From the NCBI GenBank assembly GCA_951406725.2, contig OX597825.1:17980001-18044000 (forward strand): a stretch of 64,000 nucleotides of DNA, in the 5' to 3' direction. This document shows, piece after piece, positions 42,120 to 57,736 of this stretch. The notes under the pieces are model-generated. The model saw only the letters and a list, made by a program, of their open reading frames with translations, had not been told where the DNA came from and made no database searches. The position numbers and the translations under genes are program-made. Source of the DNA: Octopus vulgaris (taxonomy: Eukaryota). The stretch's first letter is position 1. Each line of letters opens with the position of its first letter.

Positions 42120-43170
42120 CAAAGTACACGTTTCTCATGTATACTGTTTCTTATGTGACTTTGATGGATGTATCAGGACAATCCTGCGTGCAGATACCTT
42201 TATAAATATTCTTTGTAAATAAATCAAGTTTCAGGACGTTATGGGGCTACTGCGGCTCATGAAGTGATATCTTCCACACTGCTACAGGAGAACTGACATT
42301 TTCAATCACAACGTGGAGGTTTGGTGTTATATTTGTCTTTGGTGTTATATTTATGAGTTTTATAGTAGCTATGTCCTATTCCTGGATAGCACTGGCATAT
42401 CTTCATAGGTGGGATGTAATGTGTTTGTCGCATGTTCAGTGAAGGTTATTCCTCCTCTCGATGCTGTCGTCGCCCTCAAACTTACGGGATATGTACCATT
42501 TGTCCTGGTATGGTGCCTGCTTTTCCTCCAAGCTTCTCCCGAAGCAGGCCAGCCCAGCCTCATTTGCGTCGCATGAGACAATTGTGTTCATAGAGTATTT
42601 GTGCGGTAGCTCTTCTCCAACTCTGAAAATGTTGTAGCTCTCCCTTTTGAGTATGCACAGAATGTAATCATTATTTCTTCAGAAAATGTCTAAGTGATAC
42701 AACACGGCATTCAGAGTCTGTTTCGTCTGACCTTTTCCTATACCGCCATCACATCGCCTCACGGAAATTCTATCGGCGTCGCTGTTAATGTGGATTTTGC
42801 CAGTAGTGGCCAATTCGATGTCCAAGCGGTGCATCTCATCGAGTGTCCGGTCCAACATCACGAATTTTGGTACTACCACTGGTACTGCAGAAGCTTTCTC
42901 AGATATGGTCTTGTAAATGCAGATAAAACTGAGTTCCATATTTTCCCATATCTGCAGGCGTACTCGTGTTGTTCTGGGTTTAGTCTCATTTTCATCGATT
43001 CCTATGCATTCTGTTATCATCGGTAGGGACAGTGGAAACAGACAAGCCATTGATGTACATGACTTCTGACTGGTCAATATCCATTCCTCGGTTGACTATC
43101 ATATGTGAGAAATTACCTTGCTCAAACTCCACTCGTGTCCAACATGTCATGAGAATGTTGTGACTAGTTC
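42120..43170 (-). pseudogene. Decayed R4/Dong-type non-LTR retrotransposon: RT C-terminus/thumb to CCHC knuckle
   Basis: Minus-strand translations in order: VTTFS..VEFEQG..NRG..INGL, IGIDEN, KIWNSVLSA, AVPVVVPKFVMLDRTLDEMHRLDI..GKIHINSDADRISVRRCDGGIG, ITSHL*RYASAIQE*DIAT, CD*KCQFSCSSVEDIT; these match RLE-LINE motifs; many stops and frameshifts. Confidence 0.8.
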
Positions 43171-43325
43171 TAATTGTTTATTAATGCTGGTCATATTATT
43201 AGAATATAAAATATATGGATGACATTAATTTAATTCTTTTCTGCATATCCTAGAATTTTGCATTGGTATATGTATGTATGTATGTATGTATGTATGCCTT
43301 TATGTATGTATGTATAGATAAATAT

Positions 43326-43356
<31 letters not shown>

Positions 43357-43357
43357 T

Positions 43358-43408
<51 letters not shown>

Positions 43409-44348
43409 TATAGACAGATAGGTAGACAGACAGACAGATAGATGCGTACATACGCACAAACATATAGAATAAACGCTTAATGCGTATGGATTCAAGTGTA
43501 GGAATTTTACACATAAATGCATTAGAATAATGAAAGAGTAAGTCATAGCTATTTCTTCACGAGATATATCTAGTGAAGATATCTAATTTTGTATAAAAAA
43601 GCGAAGCTTTTACTATTACCATTAACATAATATATGTGGTGTGCACACTCTTTATAATACAGACTGTATACGCACATTTGTGAAACGCTACAAATATTTT
43701 ACTGAGTCTTAAATTAATGCAGCGTCATGAATTTTGAATTGCAACGGAATAGAATAAGATGCCAATCACTGAGTGGATTCCATTGAATCATTTACAAGAC
43801 GAGAGCTGTTGTACATCATTGATAAACTAAACAGGAATGGAAGTGATAATTGTACAAGTTAAGGAAATTTCCGTGCGAAATCATTTTCTAAATCTTCAAT
43901 TACGTTGCGCTGCACTCGACGTTAACAACAATACCAACAACAATATTTATTCTATATGTAGAAGTCTATTGTCTATAGAGTACCTACATTTTCTCTTATA
44001 CAGCATCGTATTGTTTTCGTTTTGCACATATACGAGAATGTTAACATTTTTCAACTTATAACCTGAAGCTATTAATTTGTTTCGCTAACATTTAAAAGAC
44101 TCCTTTGTATAGTGTGAAGGAAACAAAAAAAAGTAAAGTAAACGAAAGCTGAACTTAAAAGAGTAAAAAAAAAAAAAAATCATATTATTGTTAGTGGTGA
44201 AATGAATCTAATATTTACGTTTAAAAAACCTATGATTGCATGTATGTGTGTGTCTGAGTGTGAGTGTGTGAGTGTGGATGTGTTTGTGTGTACGTGAGTG
44301 TGTATAAGCTTATATATATATATATAGGCACATCTATATATATATATA

Positions 44349-44382
<34 letters not shown>

Positions 44383-44412
44383 TATATATATATATATACA
44401 CCAACTTTCTCA

Positions 44413-44460
<48 letters not shown>

Positions 44461-45226
44461 CATGTGTATTTATGAACAAACGCCCGCCCTCACACACATA
44501 ATACACACATATATATATGTACGTATATATATATGGATGCATTATATAGGTTTTGTGTGTATGTACATACATACATATATATATATATACATACGTATAT
44601 ACATATATATATAAATAATGCATATAAGTATTTATATATATATACTTATACTTATATGTATTATATATACTTATATACTTATATCTACACACGATATAGA
44701 TTGATAGCTTTATGTATTAAATTCACCCATATAAAATATTCGCTGAATTTCTTATAGATCTAAAAGAATTCCTCAAAGGTTTCATGAGAAATAAAGCTGA
44801 AATAACGCCTAAAAGCCAGGTACACTTGCGGTTATCATTATGGCATATATTCGTTTACATTTTATTCTTTGCAATTATTCATAGATTTATTCCATAAAAT
44901 TACTACTGAGACAAAGAGAAATATCCTGGTGTGTAATACGACGCTCTAAGCATCAACATTCGAAAGATTTTCTTTGATTTTTTTTTCGTTGTTTCTTGCA
45001 AGTTTCTTTTATTTTGTTGTTGCTGTTTGTTTTTTTTCTATTTAGGATTTTTGCATTCCTGCAGAATCCAATTGTAATTATAAGACAATGAGATTTCTCG
45101 CTGTCCATAAAGAAACGGCGATTTGGTATCAATAAAGATTGTTGCATCTGCAGTAGGGGAATAGAAAACATCAAATATTATTTATTTTCTGTATGTCAGC
45201 ATTGGATAACGAGATCTTAAATTTGG

Positions 45227-45298
<72 letters not shown>

Positions 45299-46028
45299 GT
45301 ATATATATATATGTATATATATGTATGTATATACACATATATATTTGTGCGTGTTTGCGAGCCTGTGAGTCCGTATGTTGGTGCGTGTGTGCAGGTATGT
45401 CTGTGCGTCTGTGTGTAAGGGGGGTATGTGGAGTATGCGGGTGTATGTTTGTGCTTGTAACTACTTATAGCAAGTATTGATACTGACACGGTATTGATAC
45501 TCTAATATTGTTTAATGTACACAGTATACAGTTATTACGAGCCCCTAATAATTTCATACATTGGAGATCTTTTCTAGGCAGGTTTTAATAACACGCCCAG
45601 TGTCTCCAAGCAATCCTTGGACTCTGGGCACATGGTCTATACAAGTTACAAATCAGGACAATAAAATAAAATAAGAGAAATCACTAAAAAAAACATGAGG
45701 ACGATGGAAGTAAAAAGTGAGAAGGTGACGAGTAAAACAGAAACCCACTGTTAAAACGAAAACAGAATAATTATACTTATAAATGATTGTCAAGTAAACA
45801 TCTTTAATGTATGAAGCTATCAGTAGCTCATAACTATATACAGTTTACAATAAACTATATATATATTTACATGTACATATATACATATATTTGTGTGTGT
45901 ATGCGTGTGTGTGTGTGTGTTTGTGTGTGTGTGTACTATTATATATATATATACCTTCCACGCTGCAATTGTTTTCGTTTCAGCACACGATCTCAGATCA
46001 AATTACTTGCTATGCGAGCACATCTCCG

Positions 46029-46070
<42 letters not shown>

Positions 46071-46074
<4 letters not shown>

Positions 46075-46552
46075 CAATATACACCACTCTGCTCTTGCTA
46101 CCTCCATCCACTACAAACATACCGACTCACTCTCACACCTTAACTTCTCCTACTCCCACCCTACACACACCAATCTCTCCATCCCTTACTCTCAATCCCT
46201 TCCTCTGTGCAGGCTCTGCAGTGGTAGCCATGATTTGAGACGCAGTCTCAACTCATGGCTTGCTACGTCATCCTTCGTGGATATCCCCTAACCGCTATGC
46301 ACACATCCCTTGCCAGAGCACGTTCAGAGGACCGTGCCTCTGATCTCGCTCCCCAAACTCACCCCGCCGTTGCCCGTCTCCTGCTCACCCTCGCCTACCA
46401 CCGCTCCACACAGACTCCTGAATCGTCCGGTTGAAGAGCTTAGGCTCGAAATCTAAAAATCTTTCTCTCTTTCCTAAGCGTCAAACTAGTACTCGTGCTT
46501 CTTGTAAATACACCGCTCTTCGTCGTTTGCTTTTCTGTAAATTTCAACTATA
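46071..46552 (+). mobile_element. Penelope-like retroelement relic (RT thumb fragment plus pLTR)
   Basis: LATSIHYKHTDSLSHLNFSYSHPTHTNLSIPYSQSLPLCRLCS resembles the PLE motif YxKPTDxxxYLxxxSxHPxxxKxSIPYSQFLRLRRxCS; then RLLLTLAYH (like RIPLVLTYHP); then GAAGAGC-TTAG-GCTC-GAAA. Confidence 0.85.
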
Positions 46553-47371
46553 TACATATATACTTGGAGTTCAACCGTGAAAAAAAATAGAAACACATAA
46601 GCCATGGAATCATTCGGTGTTGAAGGCCTCCTTGGCGCTGATTAAAAGCAATTAAGTAATTAAATAATCACTCCCGTAATACTTGCCTCTACTAGATGAA
46701 AATTTCATTCAAAACTATTAACAAGATATGAGAAAATAAAATGATAAAAAAATAACGGTTGTATATAACATCGAAAGCTTGACGCAAATAATACATGTAG
46801 TTGTATACTCTATGTTTTTCAGCAGAGAATGCACTGTTTCTTTCTAGAGAGACAAGGTGAGACGTCACAATTCATAATGCCTTAGATGTAAATCATGGAA
46901 ATATAGTCGTACAGCTACATTATGATATTTATTTCTTAAACTATATGAAAATAATGAATGCATCCTTGGCATCGATACCTCTACAGCACAAAGAAACGCA
47001 TTAGTCGTCCTGCCTTCAATTTATAGATTTGGCTGATATTAAATCACATCACTTAAAACGGCGCCGATATAAAGAATGTCTCGATGTCAATTTTAAAAGC
47101 AATCCAATTTAATGTGTAATATCTAATGCTAGACAAAGACTTCGGTATTCAGTTTTAATAATGACAGAAAGAAATGGGGAAAGAAAATATGATTACGACG
47201 AGGGATACAAAAGATACATTTGGAGAGAATGTGAGAAAAGTGAGGGTGTGTATTTCAGCAGCGTTCCGAAAGAGAGAGAGAGAGAGAGAAGAGAAAAACC
47301 GAGAGGAAGAAACTTCGTGGTAGAAAATGTAGTAATTTGAAATAAAAGGTGAAATTACATTTGATAATGTG

Positions 47372-47402
<31 letters not shown>

Positions 47403-47622
47403 AGTATAGAGAGAGAAATAGAGAGAGAGAGAGTGGGAGAGAGAGAGAAAGAGGGAAAGCAAGAGAGATGCAAAGTTATAAATATGCATATGCATATGTA
47501 TATAGGCATTTATATAAATGCACATGTGCATAATACACACACACATATATATACATATATATGTACACATACATATACATATGTATATATATATATATAT
47601 ATATACACATATATATATATAC

Positions 47623-47664
<42 letters not shown>

Positions 47665-47755
47665 ATTATATATATATATAGATATATATATACATATATT
47701 TATATATATATAGATATATATATACATATATATATATACATATATACATACATAT

Positions 47756-47809
<54 letters not shown>

Positions 47810-48872
47810 CAGTCACGTACCATATATATATATTTAAATGTATGTGTGTGAGACAGACTGGGTGTGTATGTGAGAGAGAGACTACAGATCGTGTGGGACA
47901 TGGCTGGGGCGAGACGAAAAACGATTAGATAGAGAAATTGTGGTATTTGAAAGACTGAGAGGGAAAGAACGATAAAGAGAAAGGCAGAGAGAATGAGCGA
48001 GAGAAAGAGAGAGAAAAGAGAGAGAGAGAGAGAGAGAGGGAAAGAGAGAGAGAGGAGGGTGAGAAAGTTAAAATGGATAAAATGCAGCTCCAAAGAAATT
48101 CACCAGCCGGTTACAAAGAGAATCAGTGGTTCAATGCGCCTAGCCAATGATTCTCCCTAAAACTTGTGAAAGATAATTTGCATTAAACCCGTGATTTCTG
48201 GATAAGCATAGATCTAAAATATTTCTTTAAGTTTTTGTACACATTTTCAGCGGTCATACACCCACCACATGTATTTGTAAGTCTGTATGTGTGTGCACGC
48301 TAGTGTGTGTCTATCTACATATATATACATATACATTTATGCGCACACGTAGCTGTGTGATAGGAAGGGTTAGAGTTAGGGTTATATATATATATGTATT
48401 TAGACACAGGCGGCAGCTGTGTGGTAAGAAGCCTGCTTCCCAGTCACATGATGTGAGGCATTGTGCAAATACTTTATACTAAACCCTCGGGTCGAAAAAG
48501 CTTCTGAGTGGTTTCAGTGAGCGGAGTGTACTTGAAATCCGTCGCTCTTTTGTATCATATATGCATATATATATATAGTATTCTTAAGATCATAACATAA
48601 AATGGAAGTGTATACCTAAACCGGAGACAAATAGAAAGTACTAAGTTTACTTCGAAAACCTGTTACACTCAGCGCGCATTGGATGTCTACAGAAACAGAC
48701 TGCATTGCTTTTACCGCTGGGTCTTTTACCTCAAGTGCACTCTACTTTCGCTCTTGTACCAAAGACTCGTTGTAAAGTGGTTCGACTTTGTATAAAGTAA
48801 CTATATATACGTATGTGTTTTTATGAAATACACAGATACGCAGACGTATATTTATATCTATGTCCCTTTTAT

Positions 48873-48955
<83 letters not shown>

Positions 48956-49287
48956 GTGTGTATGTGTTTGTGAGTGTGTGTGTATGTGTGTGTGTGTATG
49001 TGTGTTTGTGTATGTTGATATTTTTGTATGACTACATACAATTACGTGTGCGTTTATATCTATACATATATCCAACACTGTATATATATGTATATATGCA
49101 TGTGGACATATGTATAAATATATTTCAGTAAGAAACTGAAATATTTTCCTTTTTTTTCATTAGCTATAATCTACATATATATATATATATATATATGCAT
49201 GCATGTAAGAATGTTTGTATGTACGTAAAATTATAGGTTTATATATATACATATGACTATATATATATATATGTATATATAGACATA

Positions 49288-49347
<60 letters not shown>

Positions 49348-50789
49348 CAAGCACACATAGATATATACATGCATGTACATACGCATACATACATACATAC
49401 ATATATACATACATACATATATACATCTATATATACGCATATATATATCTATCTATATATACACAGATACATATATACATACATACATGCATTAGTACAT
49501 TCATGTATGTATACATGTATATTTTTCTCATCTTTAAAAAAAGTTTTCATTAGCTAAAAATCTCCTTATACAATTTTCCTCTTTTTATCAGCTAAGGTTT
49601 CAATAAATTCATATGCGACAAACTAAAATTTTATAAACTTTATAACTTATCTTAAAAGCATGTATTGAAATCATTTAATGTTTTACTCGTTTGGTTATCC
49701 TTTCTGTGTATTTAATGGTTCTTTCACTACGGAAAGCAATTTAAAGTTTTTTCTTTTGTTTCTAATACATTTTCCTGCTCTTCAGTGTTTCTCTCTCTGA
49801 ATGAAATAATGGAGTAGTATTTACAACTAATATTTATTCCTCTGATAGAGTAGAATCGTCTACACGCCCGGTAGAATGCTTAGTGTCATATTCAGTGTTC
49901 AAATTCTACGCATATCTCTACTGAAACGAGTATGCATATATGCACGTAAGCCTGTGCTCTGCGCGTCATCGTTTCTCATTTAGACATTAAATATGTACGT
50001 ATTTATATAGACAAAAATGCAACAATTTCATTTGTCCATACATATATTCCCGTCAGTGACGTAATTAGTGTTACAAAACTCCCCGCTGGTGTTTTTGACC
50101 TTTACGCCTGACTTCAAAAGCACAATATTTTACACATGGAAGACGCCGCCTCGAAAATACAACCTACAAGTTGACATTCTGCGTTGCCCGTTCTTACTAC
50201 GCTAATGACTCATATGCATATATATATATATATATATCTATATCAATACAAAAAGCCCTACAATGATATATTAATATGTTAAGCTATATTAAACACAATA
50301 TAGTATTAGTGGCTTGCTGGCAATTAAAAATGAAAAAGGAATTAATAAATAAAGGGAGAAAAATGGCACCAGCGATTGCTGAAACTATGACTCAAAAAGT
50401 TAACTCTGAAAACCACAAAAAATACTAACATCATTACTTTTGCAGCAACCGGGCACAGCAAGCTAAAACGATCTTTCCTTTGTAAGATAGATTCACAAAA
50501 AGAAATAGCTGAACAAGGCTCTATCATCTGATTTCGAAATTTAGCCAATAAGGTCATCTTTCTCTTTAGAAACATCTGCCAACTACTTAGAGTTATATAT
50601 TATATACGTATTCATTATAAACACGGATTATCCGAGTATATCTCATGTATAAAAGTGTTCAAACAATTATCGTTTATATCGTGACCAGTCATGGTCTCGG
50701 CCAGTTTAAATTTGATGCTAGTGTGTTTGTTGGTTGGTCTGAGGTGATGACAGGTTGAATTGATAATTGAAAAAGAAATGCGTTTCTTG

Positions 50790-51115
50790 GAGTGGGAAAA
50801 TGAACAATTCTTATCTGAATTCCATCATCATTTAGCTTCCTTCGATGTTGTGCCAAGTGCACCATTTAGAAGAATAACTGTCATCTTAGACTTCTGCAAT
50901 CTCTTTATCTCTCTGGACATATCCTAAAAAATATTAGCATTCCCAAGTACCTTCGTACCAGACTATTATCATATGGTATGACAAGGTGTATGATCTTAAA
51001 CTGTTCCTTTCTTGCAAGCCATATAACCATGTGCTTATTTCCATTGTGTGGTAAGTCTTTAAGGAGAAGTCTCATAAAATCCAGTTTTTCTTATATTCTT
51101 GTTATCTCTATCACA
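50790..51115 (-). pseudogene. Decayed restriction-like endonuclease domain of an R4/Dong-type LINE
   Basis: IL*DFSLKTYHTME, KIIHLVIPYDN and F*DMSREIKRLQKSKMTVILLNGALGTTSK resemble ILWDFxIQTD..IIDxAIPxD..YQDLxxEIKRLW...VIPIVIGALGT. Confidence 0.75.
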
Positions 51116-51345
51116 AGCGCATCATCACCGCCATATGCATATATATACATATACATATACATACATACATACATACATACATACATACATACATACATAC
51201 ATACATACATACATACATACATACATACATACGTACATACATATATATATAATATATCAGCCAAAACTTGACTGAAGTGGTTTTAGAATCAAGTTTTGGC
51301 TGCTATTTCCAGCGTGGTGGTATCGCTTAGATACCATAAATTATA

Positions 51346-51420
<75 letters not shown>

Positions 51421-52142
51421 TGTGTGTATGCGTGTGTTTATGGGGATATACGTGTGCGTGTAGGTGTGTTTCTTTGCATTGTGTTTTTATGTGTGTGATT
51501 GTGTAAATACATGCATATATATATATGTAAAGATATGTGTATATATATATGTATATATATATATGGATATATATGGATATATATGGATATATATATATAT
51601 GTATATCTGTGTATATATATATGTGAGTGTGTGTGTGAGTGCGTATGTGTGTGAATGGTTGTTGTTCATGCATATCACAATATGTTTCCGTGCATATGCC
51701 TACAAGAATTATTGAAGAGTGTGGGCCGCAATTGACTTCAGTGCTGTGTCGTCCATACTAGAAGCCAACTTTAGTCACGAATATAAAAATATAACTTTTA
51801 GATTGCACAATGTGTTATTTTAAGGGCACTTTCTCCCTCCCCCTTTTGAACCCACATCCGTGACACACGGACACGCACTTTTTCTGAAGTACATAAGTAA
51901 AAACGAAAATAACAAGTGGCAAATTTTTTCTTGTTTTATTTTTTCCTTTATTTCTCGTGTGTGAGGGTACGTTGACGAATATATGTCTGTGTATGTGAGT
52001 GAATGCGAGTGCTAATGATTGTGTATGTTCGTAAATTTACTTGCACGAAAAAAGTTTTCTCTCTGTTTATTGATAGACCTACACACAAGAAAACACGCAG
52101 AGATTGTTACTAACAGCAGTACAAGCTACTTACACATACACA

Positions 52143-52208
<66 letters not shown>

Positions 52209-52296
52209 TTCACACACACATACACACTCATCTAGCGAGCTAGAGAGGTTGATTAATCGATAACATATATATATATAAAGATAAATTACATATATA

Positions 52297-52815
<519 letters not shown>

Positions 52816-53146
52816 CATGCGAAGATGTGTCATGTCAAGGATCAGCAACACTTTTCACTTTTCTTCCACTAAAATAAGAGAAAAATAAAAATTTCCAGAA
52901 TTCTATGCATCTCTTTCGAATCACAAATGGAAATGTATAAGGTTTTAGTGGAATTATATTTATTAGTTTATTTTAGTGGATATTTTTGTCGATATTCCAT
53001 TATAGTATGGATATTATATATATATTTTTTTCTTATTTCACAATTCTACTCTTGAATAAAACAAATAGGAAAATCTAAGTAAAGAACACTTTTAATAATA
53101 TTTCATCGAAATAGGTGCTGATCAATCAATGAAGAATAAAGATGTC

Positions 53147-53632
53147 TTTTATCTGAGACTTGTGGTTTCCATCATTGAATTGCAGCCATGCTGTGGCATC
53201 GTCTTGGTGTGTTTAGTCCAGTAAGTCGAGTGTAGTATGTATTTTTCAGTCAGCTATTTTCTCTGTTGGTGTCTTTTGACGAATCGTTATGTAATGGGGA
53301 CGAAGACAAACTAACACAGGTTTTCAACAATTGTATGGGACACACACGGTGAAAATACAGAGAGACATGCATCTAGACATATATCCACACACACACACAC
53401 ATACACACACATATTTATATATACATGTACATAAACTCATAAACACACACATATTTATAAGTGTATATGTGTGTGTGTGTGTGACGGGTTTCTTTTAGTT
53501 TTCCTTTACCAAAATCACTCACACCCTTTAGTCGAGAAAGACCTTAGTGTAAGATATCCACGAAGGGTGTCATGCAGTAAGGCTGAACCCGGAACCGTGT
53601 AGTTGGGAAGCAATCTTCTTAGTACACAGCTA
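53147..53632 (-). mobile_element. Old family A SINE
   Basis: GCAGCCATGCTG, GACGGGTTTCTTTTAGTTTT and TGAACCCGGAACC. Confidence 0.7.
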
Positions 53633-53683
53633 TTGAGTTTTATATGAAATTGGTCAAAAATAATGTCGTTGCTTCTCGGTATT

Positions 53684-53765
53684 AGTGACCAGATGAAAGC
53701 ATTTTATATGGCAAATGTCAAAAGTGACCAGATGAAAGCATTTCATATGGCAAATGTCAAAAGTG
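53684..53765. repeat. 39-bp tandem duplication
   Basis: AGTGACCAGATGAAAGCATTTYATATGGCAAATGTCAAA twice, one mismatch. Confidence 0.95.
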
Positions 53766-54815
53766 TAATGTCTTTGGGTACAAGGTTGGATCGTCAGCCA
53801 GGCCTTTCGTAATACTCTTCAAGGCAAATGCAAATAAAAATGTGTACTCATACAGACCTGCATATGTGCACGCAATCATACATGTATAAGTTCTTATACA
53901 AATCCAATCATCCATCATATACGCATGCATTGTTACATGGCGAATTAATGCGGAATTTACTGCATTTGTACCTTGAATATGAATTCGCATTTCTGCCAAA
54001 TATCATTGCTATATTAAGTTATATACCAATAAATTTGAACAAAAACTTAGTAACGGTTGTTTTAAGGAAAAAGAACACAAGAAACTAACACAGATTCTCT
54101 ATAGTTAATCTATTCGTGGCACGGTGAAGATTTGCACGGCATTCCAGAAATTCTCCATGTGAGATTCTTACGTGAATAGATGCGCACACTTGGGTGTATA
54201 CATCTACAGTTCAACCAACACACAAGGTCAACTACATATTTGTAAACACCGTGAACTCTCTAATCTCTAAAACCATTTTTACTTAGTTGGTAACCGGCTT
54301 GAACTCTCTCAGGAAAAATTTATATTCAACTAAAAAAAAAAGAAAAAACCATACATATATACATACATACATTTATATACACACGTGGCCCTCTCTGTCG
54401 GTCGCTTGCGCTCTCTCTAGTTCAGGTGCAACTGTCTTTTTTCTTTTACCTTTCATTTCTTTCATGTCTGAGATTATGACCTTGCTAGGGCACCAAGTTG
54501 AAGGGTCTAGCTGTACAAACCAACCCCGGTGCTTTTTAAGCCTAGTCTAGTTATAGGAATATGAAGGAACCCACATCGGTTCTCAAACGGTGGCGAGACA
54601 AACGCATATGTGTATATACTTTAGACGGTCTTCTACATAGTTTCTGTCTGCCTGAGATTGTCAGAAGGCATTGGTCCACTGAGAGTTATTACTACACGGC
54701 TCAGAGTAGAACTGGTAACATTGATGACTAACGGGTCGTTCCTCTGTCCTGAAAACCCAGGGTGCAATTTAAAGTGATAGCTGATACACTAAGACAGACA
54801 CATATGCACATAAGC

Positions 54816-54916
<101 letters not shown>

Positions 54917-55034
54917 GAGAGAGAGAGAGAGAAATACATATAACGTATATACGTTGGTATTTGTGTACATAAGTAGGTATATATACATATATACATATGT
55001 GTGTGCGTATGTGTATATATGTGTGTGTATATAT

Positions 55035-55102
<68 letters not shown>

Positions 55103-55199
55103 TACGTGATTTTCGCTTGGACTGATTAGTTACATTTTGGGGGATTCCTTCTTCTCTCCCTTTTTCCTATCTGTCTGCCTTTCTTATTTACTTATTAGT

Positions 55200-55229
<30 letters not shown>

Positions 55230-55232
<3 letters not shown>

Positions 55233-55441
55233 TTTACTTATTTCAGTCATCTGACCGCGGCCATGCTGGAGCACCGCCTTTTAATCGAGCAACTCGACCC
55301 CGGGACTTATTCTTTTTGTAAGCCCAGTACTTATTCTATCGGTGTCTTTTGCCGAACCGCTAAGTAACGGGGACACAAACACACCAGCATCGGTTGTCAA
55401 GCAATGCTAGTGGGACAAACAGAGACACACAAACACACGCA

Positions 55442-55486
<45 letters not shown>

Positions 55487-55654
55487 GTACGACGGGCTTC
55501 TTTCAGTTTCCGTCTACCAAATCCACTCACAAGGCTTTGGTTAGCCCGAGGCTAGAGTAGAAGACACTTGCCCAAGGTGCCACGCAGTGGGACAGAACCC
55601 GGAACCATGTGGTTTGGTAAACAAGCTACTTACCACACAGCCACTCTTGCGCCT
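55230..55654 (-). mobile_element. Family A SINE, well preserved
   Basis: Full set of diagnostic family A blocks. Confidence 0.92.
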
Positions 55655-55657
55655 ATG

Positions 55658-55714
<57 letters not shown>

Positions 55715-55728
<14 letters not shown>

Positions 55729-56096
55729 GGCAGTTTGTCTGTGTGTGTGTCTGTGTGTCTGTCAGGTTTTACCCTCACACTGACCACGGCTTTCAACCGA
55801 TTCTAATGATACTTGACACACACATAGCCCAATGTCATAATTCAAAACTAACGCAGCGAAAATTTTGAGAAGTTCCCCCAGTTCTGAAAAAAAATCGATA
55901 AATTCGACATGGGGTCGAGAATTAGAAACACAAACCACAGACTGTCTAGGGGACGCAACTCAACCTTTTTAACTCTCAAAAAAAAATTTATCATCATTTT
56001 TTCCCCCTTTTTTTTCTATTTTTTGGCTATAACTCTCTAAAAATGCTTCATAGTTATTTCCCTTACAAACCCGAGCAACGGCGGGCGATACTGCTA

Positions 56097-56097
<1 letters not shown>
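55715..56097 (+). mobile_element. Non-autonomous Helitron
   Basis: 5' TATATAAAC..GTCTGTGTGTGTGTCTGT; 3' GC-rich hairpin CCCGAGCAACGGCGGG followed by CTAG|T; inserted in (TA)n. Confidence 0.7.
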
Positions 56098-56176
<79 letters not shown>

Positions 56177-56904
56177 ATGCTTGAATGTAGAAACATTCAG
56201 CATTAGTAATTAAATAACTGCATATGGAAAGAAAAATTGTTTATTTGCTCTATTTTGTCTACGAGCCAAAATCTTATCGTTCGTGCACTGTCTCACTCTT
56301 TAGTCAGTTAGTATTAGATCAGTATCGCTATTTCCTGTTGATCGTGGAGCGATAACATTATTTACCACACTAATGGTTGAAGTCGGTTTTTCATACAGCT
56401 TTGTGCAAATGTCACGTCGACGTGTGAATAATCCCGTTACTTGAACTTTGGTATTTCACGATAATATTATTACATCTGTTATTATTGGTCTTGGGATTTT
56501 AATTCATTTCCATGCCTCTCCCATATATAGAAAATTCAACAAAGGAATGTTTTTTTGTTTTTTTTTATTTTGTCTTATTTTCCACATTTCCTACTTTTCC
56601 TCTTAAGCTATTTTTTTCTAAATGCATATCTTGTTGTTATTAACTGTTGATCTCTTTCGAGATTACTGTTTATTTGTCTACTATAAATCATATCTAATTG
56701 CTTAGAAACACAGCAAAAATGGTAATATCCTGTACTGTCAGGGAAATTGGGAAATATGTAGGCCAAAAAAGGAACGGCCAACTTGCATTCTTTAAAACCC
56801 TGAGAACAGCCGACTTTCGTTCTTTAAAACATGCATAAGTGAATTTTATTTTAGTATTGTTGATGTAAACAACAAAACAAATCCAATACTAGCATAATGT
56901 TAAT

Positions 56905-57074
56905 AAGGAGTGGTTTTGTGTTAAGTAGCTTGCTTAGCAACAACATGGTTCTGGGTTCAGTCCCACTAAATGGCACATTGGGGGGCAATTGTCTTCTACT
57001 ATAGCCACGGGCCGATCAAATCATTGGGAGTGGATTTGGTAGACGGAAACTGAAAGAAGCCCGTCGTATATATG

Positions 57075-57113
<39 letters not shown>

Positions 57114-57227
57114 AAGTGTGTGTGTGTGCGTGCATATATTTGTGTGTCTGTGTTTGTCCCACGAACATCGCTTGACAACCGATGGTGGTGTGTTTACGTC
57201 CCCGTAAATTAGCGGTTCGGCAAAAGA
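56905..57227 (+). mobile_element. Family A SINE, 3' truncated
   Basis: GGGTTCAGTCCC B-box and GGATTTGGTAGACGGAAACTGAAAGAAGCCCGTCG. Confidence 0.88.
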
Positions 57228-57539
57228 CTTTTCAGAACACAGAGAGAGAGAGAAAGAGAGAGAGCTTAAATTTTGTTAAATTTTGACTCTCATTTCTAGC
57301 AATTATTAGTGCTATATTGCAACCTCATTTATTAATTCTACCTTTTTGGTTTTAATTACTATAGACACCAAATACCTTTAATATATCTTAATGTGTCGAT
57401 ATATTATTATAACGAACAAACACACTAGCAATATATTTAAACCAGCCGAGACCATGACTGGTCAAGATATAAATGATAATTGTTTCAACACTTTTATACA
57501 TGAGATATGCTCGGATAATCCGTGTTTATATGCATGTTA

Positions 57540-57720
<181 letters not shown>

Positions 57721-57736
57721 TATTTATTTATCTGTA

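Noticed and set aside
48367-48385. Interstitial telomeric TTAGGG
   Set aside because: Only ~3 imperfect units
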